Positions 1-12,110 of a stretch of 64,000 nt of DNA are shown here, piece by piece; position 1 is the stretch's first letter; each line of letters opens with the position of its first letter. The position numbers were made by a program, and so were the translations under genes. The stretch is taken from assembly GCF_009914755.1 (NCBI RefSeq), contig NC_060937.1. The stretch is one strand, 5' to 3'. The notes beneath the pieces were generated by a model. The model was not told the origin of the DNA, did not search any database, and saw only the letters and a list, made by a program, of their open reading frames with translations. The stretch comes from the human T2T-CHM13v2.0 reference genome, Homo sapiens.

Positions 1-92
1 ATCACATTCTCTTCCTAATCAGCCATCATATCCAATTGGCTCTATCTTTAAATTATATTCAGAATTCAACCAAAAGAATTCTGCTACTACCC

Positions 93-372
<280 letters not shown>

Positions 373-834
373 GAGAATTCTGTTACTACCCTGTTGAAGT
401 CACTATCATTTCTTTCCTGGACTAGAGCTAAAGCCTTCCAACAGGTCAGCTGGATTCTATACTCAGAATACTGACAGTACAACAGCAAATGTTGACTGCA
501 TCTTGCTGCAGTTCTGTTTAAACACTCCAGTGACTGCCAATTTCCCTCAGTAAAGACAAAATGAGAAAGCTTATATGATCTAAATAACGTTGCCCCTCTG
601 GAACCTCATCTCCTGCTTTGACTCCTCTCACTCACTCTGGTACAGCCTCATTGTTTTCCTTTCTGTGGTTATGTTCACAGCTCAGGATCTTTGTCCAGGC
701 TGTCCTTTCTGCCTAGACTTCTCATCACCAAGATACCCTCGAGTCTTGCTCCTTCGCCTTATTTAAGCTTTTGCGAAATTGTTACCTTAACACTGACACA
801 TTCCCTGAGTACTTTATTTTAAAGTTTAACCTCC

Positions 835-2168
835 TGTTTTACTCAGGATTTTATTGAGAGACAGAAACAATAGACTATATATAGAGAAAGATGAAAAAGA
901 ATCTATTAGGAGAATGGGCTCACTTCATTATGGAGGCTGAAAAAGTCTCATGATAGGCTGTCTGCAAAGCAGGAAAACCGGGAAAGCTGGTAACACAGCT
1001 CAGCCCAGGTCCAAAGGCCTTATAACAAAGAAGTCAATATTAAACTTTCAGTCCAAAGCTGAAGGCCTGGGAGCCTAGGGGGCCACTGGTGTGAGTCCCA
1101 GAGCTCAAAGGCTGGAGTTCTCACATCCAAGGGTGTCAATCACAACTACGCCCACGCTGAGGTCCGAAGGGAGTGGGTAGATGGGTGGCAAGTAGCTGAA
1201 AGAACACTTAGGGGGCATTAGGGAGGTGAAATGTAGTTTTATTCAGCAGCTCTCTCATTAGCAGTCTCTCACACTGTCCGCCTTTATCTTGGCTGTCTGC
1301 TCTGGCTGCACCCCTCCCAGCAGCCAGCTCTGTGGCTCCTGCTGCCCCCATGCCTGCAGCTGCACTCTCTGGCCTGCAAGGTCAGGGTCAGCAGCTTAAC
1401 TCTTTCCCTCTAGGCACAAACCAATTCCTGGACCCCACCTGCCCGCCTTCAAGGCAACCAGGTCTCCCTCACAGGGATCAGTAGCGTTACTCTCTCTCCC
1501 CAGGCACAAGAAAGAGCCGTGCCCTGGCTCCACCCTGTCTGTCTGCGAGACAGACAACTCTGGCTTTCTCTCTTTCTCTGGGCACATGTGAGAGCCCTGT
1601 GCACAGTGTCAGCAGGGCAGTTATACCTTTTACAAACGACAGTGGCTCCTAGCCAAGCATGAGCTTACACAAACAAGTAGAGGTTACACAAACAAGGTTA
1701 TATAACAAGTAGAGTCATGCATCTGCACTCCAAACTCACTGAGTCACTTTGGCCTGGATGTTTACCTTGGCATATGCCTGACCAAAGCACATCCACGTAC
1801 CTTACAAAGGGCGAGAGAGGAAGGGCACTGCAGCTCTGGGAGAGAGGGAGCAAAAATTTACCCTCCGCCTACCTTTTTGTTTCATCCTGGCCCCCAGCTG
1901 TTTGGATTGTACCCACTATCATTGAAGGCAGATCTTCCCTACTCAGCCCACGGATTAACACATCAATCTCCTTCAGACGTACCCTCACAGACACACCTGG
2001 AGCATCCCAATCATTCTTACGAAACAGCAAACCACTTGGGTTTCCCTTGCAGCAGAAGAGGATGGGTTCAGTGCCTCTTAAACATTGAGAATAATTAATG
2101 CTGTACCTGGATATCCTATCTGGATATCCTTTAATCCAGCCGTGTTGACACCTAAATCAACCATCACA
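835..2168 (-). mobile_element. MLT2 (ERVL) solo LTR, split by an LTR18-type insertion
   Basis: Antisense MLT2 motifs (attatggaggctgaaaaagtctcatgataggctgtctgca; accctcacagacacacc; end ttgacacctaaatcaaccatcaca). Degenerate 5-bp TSD CCTCC/CTTCT. Confidence 0.88.
1134..1806 (-). mobile_element. Solo LTR, LTR18B-like (ERVL)
   Basis: TG...CA termini with exact 5-bp TSD AAGGG (1129-1133, 1807-1811). Minus-strand start TGTAAGGTACGTGGATGTGCTTTGGTCA matches recalled LTR18. Confidence 0.85.
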
Positions 2169-2574
2169 CTTCTGTACAGATGAACTCTCCATTAACTCTT
2201 CTTGCTTTATTTCCATAATACATATCAAGTTCTAACACTTAATAAAATGTAAGTAATGGTTTGCTTTTCTTCTTCCACTAGAATGTAAGTTCCATGAGGA
2301 GAAAAGTTTTAATCTTTTTTTTCTGCTGAATCACCATCCTAACAGAGTTGGGCACATAATAGCTGGTACATGTGAGTTAACTGAATTCAAAGGGGATTAA
2401 ATATAATTCTTAAAATTATCTATAGAATAATCTTTTGATAGTATTCCCTGGTCTGAATAAAAAACTTCTCTAGCTAGCATTCTATCATTCTGGATAAAAT
2501 AAATTGTGTGTCAGTAAAAATTCAACAATCTAAATGTTGTACAACAGTGGTTTATTTCTAACTCATGATCAAAT

Positions 2575-2907
2575 TGTTGCAGGAATTTTCCTCAGTTCAG
2601 CTAAAGAAGGAGTTCTTGTCCATCCCACGGCCACGAAAATTTAGGCTCACAGATGGTTTAAAGGGTGAGGAAAGCACGGTTTTATTGGGTGAAAAGGGGA
2701 ATAAAAAGGGAAAACAGGGACTCTTGCAAGGCCAGAGTCCCTCAGCTAGAGCGCTTCCTGCCCGCCATTCAAATCCCAGGTTCTACCTAGGAAACAGTGG
2801 GGCCAGCCTCCTCCTTGCTGCGAAGGGCATGAACTTCCTGAGGCACCACAACAGTGGGCAGGTGGGTTAGAGTTTCTCCAGGGACCCCCTCCCACCTGGT
2901 TGTCTCA
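2575..2907 (-). repeat. 3' LTR of MER61-type provirus
   Basis: Homologous to 7346-7663. Adjacent to the PPT. Minus-strand AATAAA (TTTATT at about 2681). Confidence 0.92.
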
Positions 2908-3019
2908 TTCCCTCCTCTAAATGTAACTGCCGTTAGATTAAGGATAAGGACAAAGACAGATCTTAACTGCTTCCTGCTGACAGAGGCACTGTTTTGGGGA
3001 AACAGCACTCAGAGCTCCC

Positions 3020-3140
3020 TCAGAAGCCTATCCAAGGGTTCACAGTAGAAGGGGCCATCATCAAAGGCTCTGGTTGCATGACTGTTTGGAATCTGATGGC
3101 CTGAAGGCAAGAACAGAAAAACCTGGTTATTAGAAAACAT
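3020..3140 (-). pseudogene. env TM cytoplasmic-tail remnant of the ERV1 provirus
   Basis: LITRFFCSCLQAIRFQTVMQPEP resembles gamma-type ERV env C-termini (FVSSR.EA.KLQM...EP) and lies just upstream of the PPT/3' LTR. Confidence 0.55.
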
Positions 3141-6100
3141 GTATCAAAATGAAACAAGGGGAGGGGTAAGGACAGCTCAAAAATTCGGAGGCCTTTTACC
3201 AGATTGCACAGAGAGAAAGAGGCCAAAAGCTCCACTGGTTAAAAAACAAAACAAAACAAAAAAAAACACTTTACCCTTTTGCCAGCATGTTGGGCTTCTG
3301 GGTTCCCTTCTCCGGAGCCCAGTCCTAAGCCAAGCAGTTTAAGGTGTGGGAAATTAACTCTTTCTAATTTGGAGGATGCATCTGAGGGGAGTGTCCTGTA
3401 GTACAGAGACACAATTACCTATCAGTGAAGAGAGAACTGAGGAGAAGAAAGGAAAAAGCAAGAGTTTTTAAAATGAGTCCCAAGGGTTTAAGATGCATTC
3501 GAAAGGGGTACAGACTGAAGATGAATGGCTACCCATCTAGAAAGAGATAAGCAGGCGTCCCTGGTTCCCTTCTCTTCCTAGCAGATACCAGAGTACGTGA
3601 GGGAAAGAGGGAAGAGTGTCCTCTTTCCCTCTTCCATCATTGCATCCCCAAGTCCTGGTGACCTTGGCAGGTGCCACCATGAGTGCCAAAATGGCCTGCA
3701 CTCATGAAGCAGGGAGGGCCTAGATAAAGGGGATTACCCGCTCTCACCTATGCTTCTCTCCCCCTGACTGTCAGTAGCCTTGGAATTCCCTAGACCTCAT
3801 TTATGCCATGGATATTAACATGGCCTTTATCCATGAAACAGGAAGCTCAGGGTCGGCTTAATTGGCATCAATCAGTCACGCACACCTGCGCTGTGCCTTT
3901 TAACTTCCATTATCGTTTTCCTTTGGATTCCTCAGATCCAGTTTTCTTGCCTAGTGCTTTGACCCAAAGCTTGGAATTGAGTCCTGGACAAAAATGTGTC
4001 TCGGAGTTGGGGGTTGCATGGACTCCTTATCATAAGCCGAATGCTAAAACTGTGGAACTGAGTTAAAGTTCCGAAGTTAAAACTGTGGAACTGAGTCCTC
4101 CTTCAACAAGGGAAGGGAAAGGATGTCTTGTGACACACCCAGATAATTGGTAGCTATAGTTATGCTTGCCAAGATTTGGGTGCACGGTGCTTGGCTTTGG
4201 TTAGCTTTCTTGGTCTTACCTTCCCCAAAAATAAACCTTCACATGATGGGCATCCTATTTATTCCCATCACCTGGCAGGATTTGCAGGATAATTGCTCAG
4301 AACTAGGATATCGATCCAGATTTTTACATTACCCATCCCTCTTGTTCTTTCTAAGCTGCAGCTGGAGATTGCTAGTTGGTTCACAGGAACAAGCAGGATT
4401 AGTCCAAAATGTAGGCAAAAATTTAAAAACAACTAGTGAGTTTAGAATTTAATGACAAATATAAGTTTTGAAACATGATCTCTCTCTCTCCAGTCCTCAT
4501 GTTTGTTGAAAAACAAATCATCATAGGACTGAGTGGTTTGCAGAATAGACTTTAGTTTTACACTTGGCCTGATTATTTGCATAAAGTGCAGCAAGAATAA
4601 TTATTTTTACATAGGTTTTTTGGATTGGCTTTGATGGAACTTTCTTCCTCAAGGAATCTCAGATAAGACCTTTTACAGCTGAGCCCAGCCATGGGTTGAT
4701 CCTCAGATACCTGTGAGTTGAGTGATTCTTTCCTCTTAAGGTTCCATAACAATCTTGGACCTCCTAGACGTGTTAGAAAGTGACATTCTTTACTGACCAC
4801 AGGTCAGGAGCCCTGTACAGGGACTGTGTAGACAAGGGTATGAGGACAGTTTCCCCACTGGGCTTTTATTGGCTTTGCAAGTTGAGATTGACTCCTTAAA
4901 GGGAAGCATACCCTTCCAGTCAAAGCCTTGGTAAAATAACCAGTTTCTCCAATTGTGTCCTGTTGCAAAAGAAAAATAGATTCTTATTGCACTGAAGCAA
5001 ATGACTATATTGTGATAAGTTAAAAATACTCAGAGTTTCCAAATTCTAGAGGAACCAGGCAGAGAGAAACAAACATGTTTTAAATTTTGTTCATAGTATA
5101 CCTTATTCAATTATTAAAGGCTGTAAATAGTTCAAAATAAGTTTCCTTGACTCTGAAAAACCAAGCAAGGATCAGCAATATTCCAAGCAAAAGTCAAAAA
5201 GTTTGCTTCAGCTTTCTGAGTTCAGTCCATTTAGTTCATTCTTGTTTTGCTTGATATTCATGAGCATTTCAGCTCTTCATGAGTCCTGTACATCTTCCTT
5301 CATTCCAATGTACAGTCTCTAAAGTTATCAGAAGCATGTGTTTGAGAGCACCTGTTAAAATTCTATAGCTCATTATAAACCATATTTGAAAGGGATTAAA
5401 ACAAAACAATTGTCTGTGAATAGCAAAATGTCCAGGGTAGTTACAGTTAGAAACACAATTGACAAGGAACTTTGGTTTTCTCTGTGGTTTACAATAACTT
5501 AACATAGCAACCTTAATTGTGATAGCATACACTGAGACATTAGAATTTTAGAAATCCCATACAATTTTGGAATATATATTAGCATTATTCATCAAGATAT
5601 AACCTAAAGAAGATTGAACATTATTTTGACAATCCCATGCACCTAAACATGTCAAATAATCCTGTTTACCTCTCTTTTCTGGACACTTCATGGGCCCTCT
5701 GAAGTATTAAAAAAGCCAGGTGCCAGGAAAGACAAATTTGAAACTGAAGTTTGATTTTGAGAAGGCTGTTAAATGTTTGAGGTTTAAAACACTTGATATT
5801 ATGAAATAGAATTCCAGATTACCATAAATTATTTATTTTGCCAAAATGAAGACTCAGAAATTTTAAAGAAGCAAAAACCTTTTATAACCCTTTACAACTT
5901 TTGCCAAAGAGCAGATTACCATCTCAGGAAAACCTTGTTATGCTTTTATTTCAATGCCCAATTTACAGAAAAACCACATACTATCCTTTTCTGAATTTAG
6001 TCAATATGTTCACACAGAGAACCTCTTCTACAAGATTAATTTCCACAATTCTTCCACCACTTATTTGAACCTTCAGCTATCTCATTTAACTCTAAACAAT

Positions 6101-7345
6101 CCTTTAACCCTAAGCAAAAGTTTACATTTTAAGGCCTTCCTATAACCTTTTACTAAAAAACACATTTTACTGTTCTTACACACCTTGCATGTAAATTTAC
6201 TTCCAGTAGTTTCAATTAACTCCTAGCAATTTTTAACTTTAAGGTAAAACTTTGTAAGTTGCTTTAATTGAGTGCTAAGTGCATCCAAGGTTGCCTTCTT
6301 AATTAAGGGTATGGTTAGTTCCATATGTCCCCAGGCCTTACCAGTTGTGAAGCCAGCAAGTCAAATGGTTCTCAAAACCCAAAACGCAGTTTATAACCTC
6401 AAAACACTTAGCAAACCTTGCATCTGACCTGCTTTGGCAATCCCAGGCACCTAAACATGTCAAATAATCCTGTCCCTTTTAGGGCTGTTTTTATTTCTTA
6501 AAGATTAAAGTCATGTGAACTGAAAGGTACCACAGCTTTTACCTTCCCTTAAAAAAATATTTGATCCAGGCACTTGTCTTTCTTTAGGCCAAATTAATTA
6601 GAGCTCTTTTTGTAGACATCACACACAGTATACACACAGGCAGAAGAAAACCCAGCCGCTGGGTGGGGTGCTTCAAGAGACAGGGCTAGCATATGGAACC
6701 TCAGGGCTCATCACTTCAGGCAAGATTGCTAAACAAAGCCTTGCCAAGCAGTTACCAGCCAAGCCCTCAGGATGTAAAGCAAGATGGCGGCTTGATTTCA
6801 CAACCAAAAGTTTGCAGAGAATACCGCGATAGTTGGGAGTGTTTGGGGGTCGGGGGCGCTAGCCTAGTAAAACATCTTCTAAAAGAAAAACAAATATTTT
6901 AAAAGTTAACTCGTTGATGGGGTAGAGAAGGGAAAGGAAAAGTGCCTGGGGAAGAACCTCTTATTCTTCTGAAAGTGGTTCATCCACCAGAGAGACAAGT
7001 TTAAGCTTAATTACTGTCCGATAGAGTTAAACCCTTTGGCCAGAAAAGGGGAGGCCTGGGGCAGCCCTGAGTGGCTGGGAACCAGCCAGCTGGCTGTATC
7101 GGACCATTGGGCCGTGCGTCCCGCGCGAGCAGAGAGCGGGAAACGACTGGGAGCTTCTGCTCACTGGTCCCGTCCCAGAAAAAGGAAGGAAAAAGCCATG
7201 AAAATGCCCGGGAGCTACACAGGTGGGGGCATGGTTTCCCCACCCTCAGACGTCTGAGAATCAAAAGGCTTAGTAACAACAGTGAGAGGTTTTCAGTCCC
7301 CATTTCACTCACTGCTTCTGGAGCCCCCACGTTGAGTACGAAAAA

Positions 7346-7663
7346 TGTTGCAGGACTTTACCTTAGTTCAGCTAAAGACGGGGTTCTTGTCCGCCCCACG
7401 GCCACAAAAATTCAGGCTCGCAGACCGCTTAAAGGGTGAGTAAAGGAGGGTTTTATTGGGTGCAAAGGGGAAAAACAAAGGGGAAACAGGGGCTCTCATA
7501 AGGCCAAAGTCCCTCTGCCCGTCTGCTAAAGGGCTTCTGCCCGCCGTTCAAATCCGAGGTTCCGCCCTGGAAGAGGAGGGGCCAGGCTCCTCTTTGCTGC
7601 AAAGGGTGCGAACTTCCCGAGGTTAGAGATTCTCCCGGGACCCTCTCCCAGGTGGCTGTCTCA
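7346..7663 (-). promoter_or_regulatory. 5' LTR of MER61-type provirus; CpG/GC-box-rich candidate promoter
   Basis: Adjacent to the PBS. 13 CpG versus 6 in the 3' LTR. GC boxes CCGCCC at 7391 and 7562. Promoter activity is inferred only. Confidence 0.6.
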
Positions 7664-7854
7664 AAATGTCCATAATGGGGCAGTGTGGTTCTGTTCATAT
7701 CACCTTCATCCAGGATGCAGATCAGCCATACTTCACGAACATTACCCTTCTGAGTGGAAGAAGGAAAAGAAAACATGGCCGGCCATCTGCTGACTCCTAA
7801 GTCGGCTTCGACATACCAGTATTGCTTACCTTTCAATGGTAAAGCAAGTCACTT

Positions 7855-8507
7855 TGTGGCAGGCCAGGTCTCACTAATGCAGGCCTCCATAACAATTGTT
7901 TTAGTACTGACTGAGTGGCTAAGTTAAATATTAAAAGCAGAGAGAGCCAGTGCCATTATACAAAGGCTGTAATGTAACAAAAGCCCACCAAGATTTTTGC
8001 CTATGCCTTTCCTGGGCCTTGAAGCATGACAAGATAAGGGAATTCTTAACAGGACCCATTTAGGATTAAACAAGTTGTATTGGGAGTCTGAAGAAACTCC
8101 CTAGGCCTTCACAAACAAGTTTACTGATACTCTGAAGGAACTCCTTATACTCCCATGAATTGGCAGGAAACAAGATAAGGGTAATCACCCAGCACCTGGA
8201 CCCATTTAGATTAAGTAAATTTACTGAGACTCCAGACGAAGGTCTTCAGGACTGAGACCTTAGTTATACATGAGAAGTTAATCACTTATGCCTTTAAATT
8301 AATGCACACTTACATGTAGACGTATAGCTTAGAAGGTATATAAGCTCTGTAAAACTTTGTAATTTTGAGTTTGTCTGGTGATATTTTCCAGACCTTCTCC
8401 CTGTAACCAGCTGCAGAAATAAAAACTCTCTTCCTCCCCAGTTCATCTGCATCTCATTATTGGGCTGCTAGAATTAGCAGCCCAACCCTCAGTTTGGTCC
8501 AGGAACA
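7855..8507 (+). mobile_element. Solo LTR, LTR15-like (ERV1)
   Basis: TGTGGCAGGCCAGGTCTCACTAA...GGTCCAGGAACA, 653 bp. TATATAA at 8337-8343 and AATAAA at 8418-8423. No clean TSD. Confidence 0.8.
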
Positions 8508-9289
8508 TGACCAATCTTGAGGTCAGTCAATAAGACAGGTAAGCATAATTTTCTCACAGAAAGAGGAAGAGATAGTGATAAATAATAATAGTATAGCCTA
8601 CATTAGCATGTTTAAGTCAAAATAAAAAGAAATCATTGACTTTATTTATTTATTCTGTTTATATGCTTTCAAATTTGATTTGCTCCTTGTTATTTCCTCT
8701 TTTTTTTGATATATAAAATAATAAAATTTCTGCTTTCATCTTCTCTATTATTTTGGTATTTGGAGATTATCAATCTTTTAATATGCATCTTTTATCTTAT
8801 CATTGCAAATAATAAACAGTATTCTATTTTGGGCACAAATTTTAATTCATTATTAAAATAGCTAATCCTTTACTATCAATGATAAAAAGTATATAGTAAT
8901 TAAAAATATTGCTGCTATTCAAATAATCTAGCTATGACTCACTTATTCCCAAATAGAACACTAGTGAAAGGGTAATAAAAAGATTATGGCAGATTTTAGA
9001 TACAAGCGGGAAACCATATGGGATATAAATATTAAATACATGTTTTAGAAACAAACAAAGAAGTTGAGTTTTATATCGAGATTCATAGCCTGGAATTTTT
9101 GTGCTCAAAGCTACTTCAGTCAGTATTGGGGAGTTCTTTTGGGATTCACAAACTGAGGGAATCTGGTTTCACAGCTGTCTGGACAATATTTCTTTTTAAC
9201 TGTTTTATTGAATTAGATAAAGCTATGGCCTTACGCCATGCATTTTTTAATGTGGGAAACGAAGCCACAATGAAGAATATTTAAATTCA

Positions 9290-9490
9290 CAGGTTTTGAA
9301 TCTTTAAATTCTGAACTAAGTGGCTCAGCCACTTCGAGTAATCATGGAAAAATTACCTAAATTATTTAAACTTCAGTTTTTCTGTCTATAATTAGGGACT
9401 CATTACAATTTGAGTGAAAATTTTATAAATTAATAAATGAAAAATGTCTCACAGAGTCCCTGGAATGTAAGAAACTTTCCATAAATATTT
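9290..9490 (+). mobile_element. MIR SINE (degenerate)
   Basis: Core-like ggctcagccact...aaattacctaa...cttcagtttttctgtctataa and 3' acagagtccctggaatgtaagaaactttccataaatatt. Confidence 0.6.
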
Positions 9491-9760
9491 CCTGTCTTAT
9501 TATACAACCCAAACAATGTAAAACCTGCGATTGCTTTTCATGATGTGTTTTGCTAAAATTTCAGATTCTTAAATTCATACGATCTATTCATAATAGTTGG
9601 ACAAGACAACTAATGTAAAAATGTACATGAGAGCTAAATGCTGAGAATATGTGCCGAGAAGTGAGGCATCCTCTCAATTGGACACTGAGACTGGGAGAGT
9701 GTACAAAATTTGAGAATACAGACTGATTTGAAATTATTTTTGAAATTTATTTTATGTTTA

Positions 9761-10098
<338 letters not shown>

Positions 10099-10925
10099 CT
10101 AAAAAAAAATCGTAAATAAAATCATAAATAAATGAACTACTGCTCATGGGATGGAAATTAGAACTTCACTGACAAAATCAGGAAGATACTGCAAGCCAGT
10201 TCAGAGTCTTAGGGCCACTCAAAAAGCTGTTTCCTGACAACTGAGTACCTTAACAGTACATTTTTGACAATACTCGTACCATTAACTACACGAGGAATCG
10301 CATGGGGAAACGTGATTTTAGTCATCATCAAATTGTGTGACATTTTGTGTGGTAAGAAGTATGGATTTGGCAAATACCTGAAAACTAAATTCTAGGTTAC
10401 AAAGTGACATTTTCAACATCAAATTGAGAGTTATTTGTAAGATTTGATATTTACAGCTATGGAAATACTGAATTCAACTACCAATTTTTTTTTTTAAAAA
10501 AGGAAAACAAGGCAAAATTTAAAGAACAGTGCTTTCATCGGTGAGGTGACTCTCTGGAATCATGTTGAAAGGAAAGAAACAAATCAGGAATATGCACTGT
10601 TACCTGCTACCATGAGGGAAAAGTGGCTTTAAAAAGGAAAGTAAAATGGAGAGATGTCAAAGAGAAACCAAGTTTAAAAGATTCAAATTTAGCTAACATT
10701 AGTATTAGGTGCTTAATTATTTCTCAGAAGAACTAAATTTTAATAGATTAGCAAATAAAAGTGAGACTGCAAGGTCGTGTAATCAGAAAATAGAGGATTC
10801 AGAATATAGAGGCAGCATATATAGATTATTATTGAAAAAAGTGATAATAGCAAGAAAACCTTCATTTTTTATTATTTAGCAGGCTGTTATTCAAACAAAC
10901 ATTATACTGAAAATAACTAAAACTA

Positions 10926-11028
10926 AATTGCAACAAAAGCCAAAATTGACAAATAGGATCTAATTAAACTAAAGAGCTTCTGTGCAACAAAAGAAACTAT
11001 CATCAGAATGAACAGGCAACCTACAGAA
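10926..11028 (+). mobile_element. Isolated ~100-bp internal L1PA ORF2 fragment
   Basis: gcaacaaaagccaaaattgacaaataggatctaattaaactaaagagcttctg...ctacagaa is near-consensus L1PA. No poly(A) and no TSD. Confidence 0.85.
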
Positions 11029-11029
11029 G

Positions 11030-12110
11030 AGTCTTAAATGAAAGTTATCAAGTGCTAAGGGGAAATATTTTAAAAATTCCAAGAATTCTATATAGAAAAC
11101 TGTAAAATATAATTGTAATAAATTTAAAAGATGAAAAATGGAGATATATATATACAATGTTCAATGATTAGAAAACACATATTGTCAAGACGCCAGTTTT
11201 CTTTACATTGATGGAGTCAATGAAATTCCAATCCTAATTAGCATCACAACATGCTGTAAAAGGAAGGTTAATCATTTTTTATTAATAAGGAAATTAAAAT
11301 CTTAATGACCTAGACTGGTAATTAAATGAAATTAGAGAGATCTCATCTATTGTGTTGAAAATGTAACTTGTACTAAGCAGTTTGATAAATAACCTTTCAT
11401 TAGCTACTAAATTTCAAGGGCCTACCTTTTGGCACACAAACTCTGGCATCTAGAGAAACTCTCCAAGGAACAGGTATTCCAGGAGAAATTTAGCAGCTGT
11501 GTTGGTAATTTAAAAAAATAATAATTCACATGTAAATCAACAATGGAATCCGCATTAACTTCATGAGCATGTGACCCGTGTGGACTTTCAGGGGCCCATA
11601 CTTCGGCATCCTCTACTTGGTTTAAGGCTCTGCTGTTTCCATCTTAAATTTTTTAATACTATGGAACTAGGGGTTTCATACTGTCATTTTGAACAGGGCT
11701 TCACAAATTATATAGCCAGCCCTGGGAGAACTGAAAAATAATTGATGTGTTTATGCAGTGGATTATTACAGCAATGAAATTGAATGAAGCACAGCATTGT
11801 GCATCAACTCGGATGTAGCTCAGAAATTAATATATCCAGTATAATTCCACTCCTGTAAACTTGAAAAGCAGAAAAAAATATACTATTTTTTTCAAGAATT
11901 ATATATATATGAAGATAATTTTATCAGATAAGTTAGTATACGGATTATATCTAAGGAGAAGAGAAGAACATGTAATCTACACAGGAGTCTTCTAAGATCT
12001 TGGGACAATTTTTTTAAACCAATGTTACTGTTAAGTAGGTTTTTATTGATTCTCTATATGTGGTTTGTACACTCTTGTTTATGTAGGACTTATTGCAAAA
12101 AAATAAAATG
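11030..12110 (+). mobile_element. Highly diverged L1M (L1ME-like) 3' fragments
   Basis: Degenerate ORF2/3' UTR motifs (aaaatggagatatata...atattgtcaaga; gattattacagcaatgaaattgaatgaa). Confidence 0.5.
11550..11724 (+). mobile_element. MER45A-like hAT DNA transposon (MITE)
   Basis: cttcatgagcatgtgacc...cttggtttaaggctctgctgt...cacaaattatatagccagccctg, about 175 bp, matching recalled MER45A. Confidence 0.7.

Larger units (their letters stand above)
2575..7663 (-). mobile_element. Complete ERV1 provirus, MER61-type (MER4 group), non-coding internal region
   Basis: Two homologous LTRs (2575-2907 and 7346-7663), each TGTTGCAGG...TGTCTCA on the plus strand. Exact 4-bp TSD AAAT (2571-2574, 7664-7667). 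PPT (TTAGAGGAGGGAA, minus strand) abuts the left LTR and a PBS-like sequence abuts the right LTR. Confidence 0.92.
2490..8602 (-). mobile_element. Old MLT1 (MLT1K/L-like) MaLR LTR acting as host, split by the MER61 provirus and LTR15
   Basis: Pieces at about 2490-2574, 7664-7854 and 8508-8602 join into an MLT1-like sequence (ggtttatttctaactcatg...; tttcaatggtaaagcaagtcac...). Confidence 0.55.

Noticed and set aside
5071-6462. p53 half-site-like AAACATGTTT/AAACATGTCA sequences in the provirus
   Set aside because: Isolated half-sites, not paired, and not in the LTRs.
7007-7836. 107-127-aa ORFs over the MER61 leader/LTR
   Set aside because: Explained by local GC richness; no gag motifs recognised.
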